From: Cyanophora paradoxa CCMP329
Lineage: Eukaryota; Plantae; Glaucophyta
DNA length: 64,000 nt
Reading direction: 5' to 3'
Assembly: GCA_004431415.1 (NCBI GenBank)
Contig: QPMI01000425.1
Coordinates: forward strand, 1-64,000
Within the stretch, counting starts at the first letter, position 1, and every line of letters begins with the position of its first letter. Below are positions 38,061 through 49,059 of this stretch, in pieces. The position numbers were made by a program, and so were the translations under genes. The notes beneath the pieces are model-generated. The model was given only the letters and a program-made list of their open reading frames with translations. It did no database searches and had not been told where the DNA came from.

Positions 38061-38204
38061 GAAACACCCCATACAAAACACTAATATGCATGTATCTCTC
38101 CACCAACTCATCAACTAACAAAGATAAAAACAGTTCCAGAATCCTCTTAACGAGGCTAGCGTGATGATGTAAGTCTCATAGGCTCAATAATTCATATGTT
38201 TCTA

Positions 38205-39263
38205 AGCATCTCCCCTTCATTCCCCAATTATAATTTAAGTGGACTCAAGGTTGACTCATATTAATCGTAAAAGTAGTAAAAGTATATGGATTTTGTTACG
38301 AATTCAATGGGAGGGTTGACTAAGTGGGTTGAGTTGACTCAAATTTCACAGGAAATAACAATGAATCAGAGTATAAATGCATTTTTTGAATCAACTACAC
38401 CAACTAACACTGAGATTTTAACAATATATGAGGTCCTTACTGAATATGGTATGTGTCACAGGTGTCACAGGTCTATCCCAAAGTTTCTCCTATAAAGAGT
38501 AAATTTCCAAAAGTTTGGGATGGACCTGTGACACCTGTGACACTCGATTAAATCATTTATTCATTTAATTAGAAATACATAGATAAGATAATTACTGCGT
38601 TTTTCATTATAAAAGAGGTCCTTACTGAATATGGTATGTGTCACAGGTGTCACAGGTCTATCCCAAAGTTTCTCCTATAAAGAGTGAATTTTCAAAAGTT
38701 TGGGATGGACCTGTGACACCTGTGACACCCAATTATTCATCAAATTCCTAAGGGACCCCCTTAGACTCATAAAAACATGATAAAAACATATAAATTTTAT
38801 GTATTATATCGATTGGATTCAATAAGAGATCTATTTGTTTTATTTAACAAATGAATCTTTTATGGATCTTAATCGAGTTTAGCGATATGTTTCCGATTAA
38901 ATGAATTAAATTTAATTAAATTTAATCGAGAAAGTACATGAATATAATATCGATTAAATCAATTAAACAAATGACCATTCACACATAGTAAAATGCGGAG
39001 TTTTAACCAGAGGCAAGATATAATTGAGATTCAGTTATATTATTCGGAAATATATACAGATTATCGATAGACTCAGTAAGACTAATCGGAAAATAAGAGA
39101 AATTTACGATAAAATATCGAAAAGAATACAAAATAATCGAAATAATTGAATATTCGATAAGATACACACAGATTATCGATTGATTGAAATAGAATATACG
39201 AGATATATCAACAAAATCAATTAAGATAAGCCGAGGGTTAAAACTCCGCATTTTACTATGTGT
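38205..39263 (-). repeat. Right terminal inverted repeat of element B
   Basis: Reverse complement of 11073-12112; ends ...CCGCATTTTACTATGTGT followed by ATACTC. Confidence 0.95.
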
Positions 39264-42200
39264 ATACTCTGAATGGAATCATTAATCCCCGTGTTTTCCG
39301 CAGGGCAGAGCGAAAAGAGAAGCGTGCCGCTCGCACCCAAGTTAATATAGAAAAGCAGAAGCAAAAAGAACAAGAGGCTAAGCGTTTACAGCGCTTCGAT
39401 CGCAAGCAAGAACAGAAACGAGCGAAAGAAGCGAAGCTCGAAGCAAAGCAGCAGAGAGGTAAACTAAAAGCGGTAGAGGATGCGATCAAACGCACTATTC
39501 TCGATCCAATCGCCCAATATGATCCGGAAACTCTCGCGACAGTTACGTTCAAGATGTGGGCACCTGGATCCGGTGCTCGGTCGTCGGAGGTAATTGTTAT
39601 TCCCGGAATTCCCGAATTAAATATACCAGACAGTTCCTTTGTCACCTACCGCAATATAAGAGAGACAGTTTCGGTGAGTGTGTTGCGAAGCTTTGCTCTG
39701 GCGAAAATGGATAGAATGTCTCAAATTCTAATTAGACCGGGTCAAGTTCGTCATGATTGGCATGAGAGCGAATCAATCTTCTATTTACTCAAAAACTACG
39801 ATGAATTGGCAATAGGACTTAAAACTTTCGGCGAAGCATACGAGGTGTTCTTCTTTAAGACACCACCAACCGAGGAACAGAAAAGACTACGCCTAATGTT
39901 TGATGATTTTGGCGGCAGTATCGATGATGCCTTTATAACTGTTCATGAGGTCGCGATCGATGGGGACGAAGTTGTCGAGGACGATGGAGCCGGCGCTATC
40001 CCTGGCAATCGCTATGAGTTTCTGGATGAGGAGCTCATGGACAGTATGCGATGCACCGCGATTATGAGCAAATTCACAGACTATACATTAAATCCAAACG
40101 CGTCTGAGTTCGAAGATGTTATTGAGCTTCCCAAATCATCGACATCTAACGCTTGCGGCTATGATATGATCATCTCCACATGGGGAGCGTCCATTAAGAA
40201 GTGTCAGGAGGCGCCAAAACCGCGATATACTGACTTAACTATGTCGTACGACGGTCTCTATAAATTCTTTCACGGTCGCGAACGCACACCTGGCGACTCT
40301 CTGGCTCTCACGCTCCGCCATATCGAGAAATTCTGTAAGAGAATCCAGACAGGCTTCCGCGTCTTTGATGTCGACGGCAAGTTAATATACAAATTCGCGG
40401 CGGAATCGATTAACAGAAACATCAATCCCCGCAATATTCACTTTATGATTCACAACAAGCACATCTATATATTCAACGATAACATAAGGTCGCTCGAAAT
40501 GCGCATGGCAAAGATGGAGGTCGAAGAGCTCGATAATCATGTTCCTAAGTCGACCTCTTCGTTAGCACTCTATAAAATTCCGACGTGTCTTACTCACGAT
40601 ATCTTCGCGCACACATCCAAGGATCTGTTAAAGATCACGCAATTAAAACTATCGCCTGACGAGCGCAGTTTCATTCGCATTCTTTACACTGGGCGTGAAG
40701 GTCTGGAAGGTCTTCTATTTACGTTCCTGAAAATGCGATATGAGCCCGCTGTGAAGTTAACACCGTCGAAACAGATCGAAAGCATTACATTCAAAGCCAA
40801 TGGCTCGATGTTCTCGATCAAAGACCCACGCACAACCGACCACTTCATTGAGCAAGATTTCGAAACAGAGGAGTATTATAATAAGGTCTGTGAAATCGGT
40901 AAGGGTTTCCGCGAGTCACTACTAAATGCGACGAATATCTCACATTACAGCCCGAACATGCGCGAAATTCTCACGCACTACAAGCGATCCGCACTCAGCG
41001 GCTATTTCTATAAGCCGAACCCGAAAGCCACCTACACAGCTGTCGATATGGCGAAGTGCTACCCTTCGATACTGAAAGGCATGCAATATCTTCCGAAGTA
41101 CAATGTGTTTGATGATTTCGTTCCCTTTAAAGTGGGAAGCGATATTCTCGAATACGCGATCTACTACGTGCGTGTCGTTGCGTTTGAGAGAGAGCAAGCG
41201 ACTTTCGCCGACGATGAGGATGTAGATTATGACGCCGCCATGTCTCGCAAGATTGATGGAATCGAAATTATTCTGGATCGCGCATTTTCCGTGAGTGGTC
41301 GGTGCTACAATTTCATCACAGGCTACACTCTCTCCATGCATTGGGCGGACGTAAAGGACAAGATAGAGATTATCGCGGTCGCGGAGCCTTCGCATTTGGT
41401 GCCCAATACGTCGATCGCTGAGATGAAGAAAGTGCTGTCAAGCGACATTCAATCCACAGACAAGAAGCACATTTTAGTGAAAGAGATCGGAATGCTCGGC
41501 AAATTCCAAGACTCGCAAACATCCACGAAAATGTTCTACAACCGTGCCGAGGCTGAAAGGTTCGCCCAAGAATGCGGAGGAACAGTAGAGGTGTTTACTT
41601 TCAATCCTAAGAATTCGAAACGTGTCAAAGCTCTCAGCGAATTCGAAGGTCACATCTATTTCGTTAAGATCAGCTCTCACCGCGAGCTTGTTAACGGATT
41701 CCTCCCGATCCACTTTCATATTTACGATCGCAACCGCGCTAATATGTTTGCGCAATACAAGCGCCTGACAGCGCGCGGGCACAAGGTTGCCGGGATCAGA
41801 ACGGATTGCCTATATATCGAAGGTTCATGGACAAGTAAGAAAGAGTTCGACCGAAATGCGTTTGAGAACATGGGCAAATTCAGCTATATTCCCGGGAAAA
41901 GATGCCCTGAGAATGCACTCCGCCCACCACGGGGTGTAACTCTCGAATTTCAGGATCCCGACACACTCATTAACCGGTTCTCGCTAAGGGACGAATTTAA
42001 TCCGGAGTGCTTTAATCGGGTTGCGGAGCTCCACAATCGTATGCTTGTCCTTGCTGACATGCCCGGAAGTGGAAAGTCGACACTCGGTATTAACTGCTTC
42101 GCCTCTCAGAAGTCGAATTGCTTGATTATTTGCCCCTATAACAAACAGTGCGCGGAGCTGAGGGACTCTCTCAAAGTCCGCGGAATCGAGAATATTACCG

Positions 42201-43414
42201 TTCGTACTTTGTATAATGTTCTCGGGATCCGTGTCTCAAACGATCAGACCTACGAAGAGGCTATGAGCGAAAAAGACCAGAGGGCGTTCGTCTCCGAGTT
42301 CAGTCACATTATGTTCGACGAGATATTCGCGTATTCCGTAAAAGATCTCGCTAAGATCAAGTCGTTTATCGATCGCTATCCGGATATCAAATATTTGGCT
42401 AATGGCGACACCTATCAAAACGAACCGATTAATGATGAGCTATCGGTTTCTGATTGCAAGGGCTACTATAAGCGTGCGGTGCAGAGCATGTTCCCGAACG
42501 TTCTGAGTCTTCGCATTAACAAGCGACACAAGAAGGAAACAGACCGTGAATTAATTCGGGCGATCAAAGAGGATCTCTTCGAGAACGGACTGGAAGCCGC
42601 ACAGATCATTTCGAAATACGGCTTGCCGACAATTAACGATCTAAGCACTATTCCCGACGGCTACTTTGGCATCGCTTACAGAAACGAAATGACCTTAGCA
42701 TACAACAAACTGATGCACGATAGACGGAAAGTAAATGTTCCAACCGTAGAGGTCAATGGCATCAAATTCTACAAGGGTTTGGAAGTCGTTTGCCGCAAGT
42801 ATCTACGCATTTCGCGGTCTGAGGGTGAGTCTATTAATGCATACACAAATTACACCTATCGGATCACCAAAATCACAAAGCAAATGGTCACATTAACGGA
42901 CGTTTTCGATGGTGTCACGTTCGAGGTTCCGTGCGCGATGTTAGAACATTTTTCTCTCCCTTATGCAGGAACAGGTCATTCAACGCAAGGTCTCACACTT
43001 GATTCGGGCATTGTCATTTGTGAGGCTACGTTCCGCTATACCACTCGCGAATGGTTCTATACCGCGCTCACTCGTAACCGTGATCTGTCTACTGTGCTGA
43101 TTTATACACCGATTCACAGATTCCAAGGAAAGAGCGACTACATCGAATATCTGAAAACGAAGATCCGCGGTTACAAATGCCAGGATCAGCGCGCCGGGCG
43201 CGATTTCGACGAGGCGGATTATATTACGCCGGAGTGGATATTAGAGCGCAAGAAGCAACAGAAGGGCGCCTGTGCGATCTGTTCCCTTCCTATTCCGACT
43301 GAGCCACAAGATCCGAATTACAAGCTCGTCGTGGATCGCATCAATAATAAGCGCCCACACCTTAAAGACAATTGCCAGCTCGTGCATCACGGGTGCAATT
43401 GCAGCAAAAAATAA
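39264..43414 (+). CDS. PolB-like polymerase domain fused to SF1 (RecD/Pif1-like) helicase and C-terminal HNH-like Zn domain (element A); 5' end cut off by element B
   Basis: Uninterrupted ~1380-codon frame. PolB-like AVDMAKCYPSIL, KHILVKEIGMLGK and GIRTDCLYI; SF1 motifs PGSGKST, MFDEI, GDTYQNEPI, NKRH, TGHSTQGLT and YTALTR; CAIC...VDRINNKRPHLKDNCQLVHHGCN. Confidence 0.88.
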
Positions 43415-43432
43415 ACAGGTTTAATTAGAAGA

Positions 43433-44803
43433 ATGTCACGGATCGTTAGAAGGGTAGCGGGCGAGGAAACGGAGACTACCATACTACCTATTGCGGTTCC
43501 TGAAACTGAGCAAGTCCCCCAAAAAATTACAAAACGCCAAGCAAAATCAAATTTATTAGGAGATGTTCCTTTCAGCATTGCTAACCCGTCCTCTAAGATC
43601 GTGCGACGCATGTATGACCCAAAGACAGGTTTTAAGAACCCATCGGCATTGTACGAAGAGCTGAGAAAAGAGGACAAGACCCTCACTTTGAAAGAAGTGC
43701 AAGACGTCGCAGCGAAACAAGAATTTATGCAGATCAACAAGAAGCCCCCCGCACCGACCCAAACATCCTTTATTCCTATCACAGCCCCGCCGTGGTGCTA
43801 CCAAGCCGATCTCATCTTTTATCTCTCATATGGCAATTATAATTCCGGCTACATTGCAGTCCTTACTCTCATCGAGATGACAAGCCGAAAAGCATATGCC
43901 AAGAAGTTAAAGAATAAGGAGGGCGCAAGTGTTGCCGCCGCTTTTGCGGAGATGCTCACAGAGCTCCCGGCTCCAATGATTCGATTAGAGACAGATAACG
44001 GTTCGGAATTCATCGCGAAGGAGTTTCAGGAGGTCGTTAAAAATAATGGAATAGAACACCGCTTTAAACAGGTCGGAGATCACACTTCGCTGGGAATTAT
44101 GAATCGCTTTCATTTGACCTTAAAAACGATGATAAACAATTACTGTGTCGCTTATAACACTGTGCGATTTATGGATAAATTGGACGACTTCGTTTTCAAT
44201 TACAATAACACCATTCACAGAACCATAGGAATGAAACCCGCAGATGTTAAGCTTTCTGATATGGAGCGGATCCGAGCGGCTATTATTTCAAGGAAGAACA
44301 CAATCGTCAAGGATATATTCAGCGACTTTAAGCCGGGTCTCCACGTCCGCCTATTATTGCCGAGATCGAAGTTCGATAAAGGGGCGACTCAAAGGTATAG
44401 TAGAGAGGTCTACAAAATTGCGGGAAGGAGAGGAAACGCGATAGAGGTGCAAGATGCAGCGGGGAACGTTATGCCGAAGCTTTTTAAGCCGCACGAATTG
44501 CAGATCATCTCAGAGGTCGAGGCTGTGGTGGAACCATCAGGCAACGCAATCAAAGCAGCCGAAATAGAAGCCGCTTCTATCCGGCAGGTGCAAAAAGAAG
44601 GCATAGATGTTGCCGCAAGCGTTCCAAAAGGGGATCTATTGGAAGATCGCGCAGAAAAGACAAAGAGGGCGCTGAGAGAGCTCGCTAAATTAACGATCGC
44701 CATGAATGTGCCTGGCGGTGTTAGGTGGTATAAATCATTCAAGAATCAGAGCGCAAGCTACACAGCCCCTACTACGCGCATTCTTCGGTCTTCTCGTTCA
44801 TAA
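43433..44803 (+). CDS. Retroviral-like (rve) integrase, element A
   Basis: YQADL, ETDNGSEF, MNRFHLTLK and YNNTIHRTIGMKP; termini (RIVRR, YTAP) shared with the element B integrase. Confidence 0.92.
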   Translation: MSRIVRRVAGEETETTILPIAVPETEQVPQKITKRQAKSNLLGDVPFSIANPSSKIVRRMYDPKTGFKNPSALYEELRKEDKTLTLKEVQDVAAKQEFMQINKKPPAPTQTSFIPITAPPWCYQADLIFYLSYGNYNSGYIAVLTLIEMTSRKAYAKKLKNKEGASVAAAFAEMLTELPAPMIRLETDNGSEFIAKEFQEVVKNNGIEHRFKQVGDHTSLGIMNRFHLTLKTMINNYCVAYNTVRFMDKLDDFVFNYNNTIHRTIGMKPADVKLSDMERIRAAIISRKNTIVKDIFSDFKPGLHVRLLLPRSKFDKGATQRYSREVYKIAGRRGNAIEVQDAAGNVMPKLFKPHELQIISEVEAVVEPSGNAIKAAEIEAASIRQVQKEGIDVAASVPKGDLLEDRAEKTKRALRELAKLTIAMNVPGGVRWYKSFKNQSASYTAPTTRILRSSRS

Positions 44804-44842
44804 CAAACCCCGAAATTATTTTCTCCGGTAAATATAAAAGAG

Positions 44843-45157
44843 ATGGAGGGTGAAAAGCATTTCGTGGATATTCCCTATGATAAAAAAGACGTTGCGAAAT
44901 CCCTCGGTGGAAAGTGGGATCGTGAGAATTCATGCTGGTATGTCACGAAGAAAGATCACCCCCTATGCTCTCAGTTCAAAACTCTAAGCTATGAGCAAGT
45001 GTATCAAAGAAACGTGAAGGTTTACCTCGATATTCCTTTTGAATTTAAGGATCAAGCGAAGGCTGAGAGAGCCCGCTGGGATCCCGTTATGCGATGCTGG
45101 TATGTCATGGGTCTCGATCACCCGCTAACTGGAAAGTTTCCGCTCAAAGAGCATTAA
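44843..45157 (+). CDS. Tandem DUF5710-like domain protein
   Basis: Two repeats of DIP(Y/F)..KD.AK....(K/R)WD....CWYV. Confidence 0.75.
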   Translation: MEGEKHFVDIPYDKKDVAKSLGGKWDRENSCWYVTKKDHPLCSQFKTLSYEQVYQRNVKVYLDIPFEFKDQAKAERARWDPVMRCWYVMGLDHPLTGKFPLKEH

Positions 45158-45185
45158 GCAAGCGCAATGTCGCTTTTTTCATTTT

Positions 45186-45578
45186 TTATGAAATTGGGAA
45201 CCTTTGCTCAACCTGTAATTCCCACTTTCGTACTTTCAGCCTGTCATGTATGAGTTCGTTAATGTCCCGTGCTATACCCATTGTCTTCGCTTCGGCATTT
45301 GACCCACATGTAAAGATATCGATCGCCAATAGCCCCTGGTCGCTATAAGAGTGAGCTGTGGCATGCGACTCATCTAATAGAAAGCCAATCGCGAAACCGG
45401 GAGGGGAAATAGAGCCATCGAAAATGCATGTGTGCTGGTGCACGATGCGCATATTGCGATCTGTGATATATTGCGATAGGTTCGCTGTGATCCACTCGGT
45501 GCATGCCTCCGGGGACTCGGTGAACGGGTCGGTTATATAGTCGAGCATAACGTGGTAGCCGCGGTATTGGGAATCCAT
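45186..45578 (-). CDS. speD: S-adenosylmethionine decarboxylase-like proenzyme (pyruvoyl-dependent, short prokaryotic type)
   Basis: 130 aa; G.HVMLD, PPGF...LLDESH.TAHSY and AIDIFTCG, with the E|SH autocleavage site intact. Confidence 0.88.
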   Translation of the reverse strand: MDSQYRGYHVMLDYITDPFTESPEACTEWITANLSQYITDRNMRIVHQHTCIFDGSISPPGFAIGFLLDESHATAHSYSDQGLLAIDIFTCGSNAEAKTMGIARDINELIHDRLKVRKWELQVEQRFPIS

Positions 45579-45797
45579 TATTAATTATTTGACACATATT
45601 TTAATGACCCTATGATACTAACATAGTCGTGTTAGCCTCGTCAAGACGGTCAAGGCGCTATTTTTGGTTTTGCGAGGCGATGAGCTGGTGAAGAGATACA
45701 GGGGTTTGACGGTTTGCGTGGCGGTTTCGTTTGTTTTTCGTGTTTTTGGCTTTTTTATTCGACATTGTTTTTGTTATTTTCAAGGGACAAGAAAACG

Positions 45798-46154
45798 ACC
45801 TTTCGCTTTTTCGGTATCCCCCCTTTCGCTTTTCCGGTAGCACCCCTTTCGCTTTTCCGGTATGCCCCCTTTCGCCCATGAATGAGTATTTCCACAGTTT
45901 CGATGACAAAATTGAAACAGTGTAGCCAGTTTCGATGACACATCGACATTGATTGGTCGAATATCGAAAAATACATAAAAAACTACTTTGTGGCATGCTA
46001 TATGTTTTCGGAATCGCCGTGATGTGATGACCCCGAATATGTCGGTGACGCCGGTGTATACATGTATATGCTGTTTTTTTCGTTTTTTTGAGTTGTAATT
46101 TTTTGGGTTGTAATGTTTTTGGGTTGTAATGTTTTTGGGTTGTAATTTTTTAAA
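45798..46154. repeat. Subterminal repeats of element A
   Basis: CCTTTCGCTTTTCCGGTA x3-4 (45799-45876); a ~200-bp unit ending in TTTTTGGGTTGTAAT repeats, with further copies at 61517-61875. Confidence 0.8.
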
Positions 46155-49059
46155 CAAGATCCGTGCTCCTGCGGAGCACTAAGTACGGCGAAGCCTCGCG
46201 GACGCCCTCGCGGCTGTCACAGTAGGCGGGCAGCTGCAGCCCCGCCCAGTTGCATGGCCGGGCTTCAAAAGTTTCGCCGGCTTGGCACTGGGGCAATGGG
46301 CTGGCCCGCTATAGCCAGCTCGAGGGAGAGCTCGCTGGCCAGGGAGCAATGTAATGAGGAGAGCGAATATATAATGAACTAGGGGAGGAGTTGAACCGGT
46401 AACTCTTGCTTTTAACTGGTGGAGCAGATTGATAGGAGATTTATTTAATATTAATGTATTGTTGGGGGGGAGGCCCGGGAGGGGCGAGGTTCTCGCGGCC
46501 AGGCGCATGCACAGAGCTTGCGAATCGCTTAAACACAATCTCGAATGCATATAGCATCGATGTGCGGGGCTGCGGAGGCGAGGGCGCGCGGAAAGACGTG
46601 CAGGTCCATGCAGGATCGAATTTTCGGGGTCGGCTGAATTCTCGCGCCCTGTCGCGCCCTTGGGGCTTGCATTACGCTTTGAAAAGCTCTCAAATGAATA
46701 TTATAGCGATGCCCATGCATGAGGACGCGAGGGCGCGCGGAACGCGGTTCAGTTCCCTCAAGGATCGAATTTTCGGGGTCGGCTGGGTCCCCGCGGCCCG
46801 GCGCATCTGCAAAGCGCGCGGAACGCTTGATCTACATCTCAAATGCTTATGCTATTGTTCCGCGCATGCGCCGTGGCGTGGGCGCGCGGAAAGATGTCCA
46901 GGCGTGTGCAGGATCGAATTTTTGCCGTCGGCTGGGTTCTCGTGCTCTTTCGCGTCTTCAAAGCTTGTGGAAAACTTTGATAAAATCTCAAATGAATATT
47001 GCGACGATGCGCATGCGCGAGAATGCGAGGGCGCGCGGAAAGATGTTCAGGTCTATCAAGGATCGAATTTTCGGGGTCGGCTGGGTGCTCGTGACCTGGT
47101 GCATTTAGACACCGTGCGGAAGTCTTTCTCTACATCTTAAATGGTTATGCTATCGTTCCGCGCATGCGCCGCGGCGTGGGCGCGCGGAAAGATGTCCGGG
47201 TCTGTCCAGGATCGGATTTTTGCTGTCCGGTACCTTCCTGCGCTGCTCCGGGTTCGAAAAGCGGATTTCGGGGGTGCGCGGGCCCTGGTATGTCTATGCG
47301 CGCCAGTACGCATCGATTGCGCGCGTCGCGGGACCGGCCGGAACCGGCCGGATCAAATTTTCGGCCGACTCTTCGCACTGGAGCGTCGACGGCGCCCAAA
47401 ATCGAGCTTGCGGCGATGCGCTCGCCCTCGCGCGTCATTCTGTATCGTTCTGGGGCGTCCCTGGCGCGATTTCGTCGCGGGACCGGGCGGGACCGGGTCC
47501 CACCTTCGGACTCGGACTGCATTTGTCGGAGGTTAAGTACCGGAATTGATCCAGAGGGAAATTCGATTTTCGCGGGATGCCTACGGGGGAGCGGTCGTCT
47601 TTGGGCAGCCACGACGCTAAAAATGGATCTAGAGAGGTCTGTGGGGGTTCGTGTGGGTGTGTGACTAGCAGCAATCGCGTCCGTGTCGAGGCAGAATTAT
47701 TAATTCTGCCTCGAGGGAGTGCGACACGGGAATTATTTAGCAGGGGGGATCTTGAGTGGAAAAAAAGGTTAAAAAAGGAATTTAGATCGTCGGTTTTTGG
47801 GTTTGAGACAAGATCCGTGCTCCTGCGGAGCACTAAGTACGGCGAAGCCTCGCGGACGCCCTCGCGGCTGTCACAGTAGGCCTATAGGGCACTGGCCAGC
47901 GGCCTGGCCGGCTACCGTATATATAGCTGGGCCACCGGGCTGGCTCGTACGCCGGAGCCTCGGACGGCGTTCGAGTTGATTGAACAAGTTGATTCGAGTT
48001 GATTGAACAAGAAGTTTCAATCTGCAAGCACAGGGACGGGGATATTCACTTTATCGAGGTCACTTTATCTGCGAAGAGAAGTACATTATTATCCTCTGAG
48101 GCATGCCGACTATTCCTGGGGACGTGGTATCGGCAGGCTGCGTGGAAGGTGAGCACATGTCTATGAATCTATGATGACCTGCGTTACGCTCACAGGTTCA
48201 CGCAAAGCTCGTGACTGTGCCGCCTGGCTTACATGTCGTACTGGCATTGCCTCTGAGTCACTGGCATGTTCGCGATTGACTGTTTCGAGAATTATCTCAA
48301 TGACGGGGTGCAAATTTGAAAAATATTTTTGTGCCTGCTCTCTTTGCTCTGCTGCGTTGCACACGGGCAGCATTTGATGTAACAGATGTAGGAGATGCGG
48401 GCAGCAACGTTGACTTTGATGGTTGTTCGCGTTCTAAAACCGAGTTAAGAGTATAGAGTTATGCAATTAATTTACATAATATGTATACCCTTTTCTGTTG
48501 CAGGAACCCTCGGAATTGTCATGTCTTCACGCGTGGATCGATTTTCAATGTCTACATTTTCTCGATCAATGTGAACACGCGGTGGTGATAGAGTGCGTGC
48601 ACGATGTCTGCGTGCCATCAAATCTGCGTCATGTTCCGATGCTTGTTCTGCATTGGGCTCCGGTCTGCGATCATCTCTGACTGGCTCCGTGATGGCCATG
48701 GGATGGGCACGGTTCGACGCATGCGCTTGTAAATTTTCAGTAATTTGTGCTCGAGGTTATTTAGAAGGAATTTCAATGCGCACTTGGAGAGGTGGGAATT
48801 ATGACCATATAGACGAAGAGACAGAGCAACAATATTCCGACTGCAGCCGGTAATGTCCAGTGAGGTGCTGGGGTCTGCATATGCTCAACATACGGCGCAT
48901 CCCCAGGGAGGGCAAATGCAAGATTTTTCTGATTCGCTGACAGCGTCAATGTAATCCATATGCCAGTAATGGATGGAGAAAATAACAGAGCTGCTGTACA
49001 CCGCACTGGAAATTGTGACAACGACGCAAGATTCGTTATTTACAATCGCGTTGTTAGAC

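Larger units (their letters stand above)
11073..39263. mobile_element. Inner complete endogenous Polinton-like/Maverick virus (element B), ~28.2 kb
   Basis: ~1.05 kb TIRs. Right flank ATACTC (39264-39269) and left flank ATATC (11068-11072) fit a 6-bp TSD with one base missing on the left. Encodes pPolB, rve integrase, MCP, two mCPs, ATPase and primase-helicase. Confidence 0.92.

Noticed and set aside
39260-39263. GTG start of the 1384-aa ORF as its true start
   Set aside because: It lies inside element B's TIR; the native 5' end is at ~10909.
46095-46150. TTTTTGGGTTGTAAT repeats as telomeric sequence
   Set aside because: Only about three 16-bp copies, embedded in an internal ~220-bp repeat that recurs at 61.5-61.7 kb.
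46212-46226. TGTCACAG shared between the Helitron-like end and element B iterons
   Set aside because: Only 8 bp with different flanks; compatible with chance.
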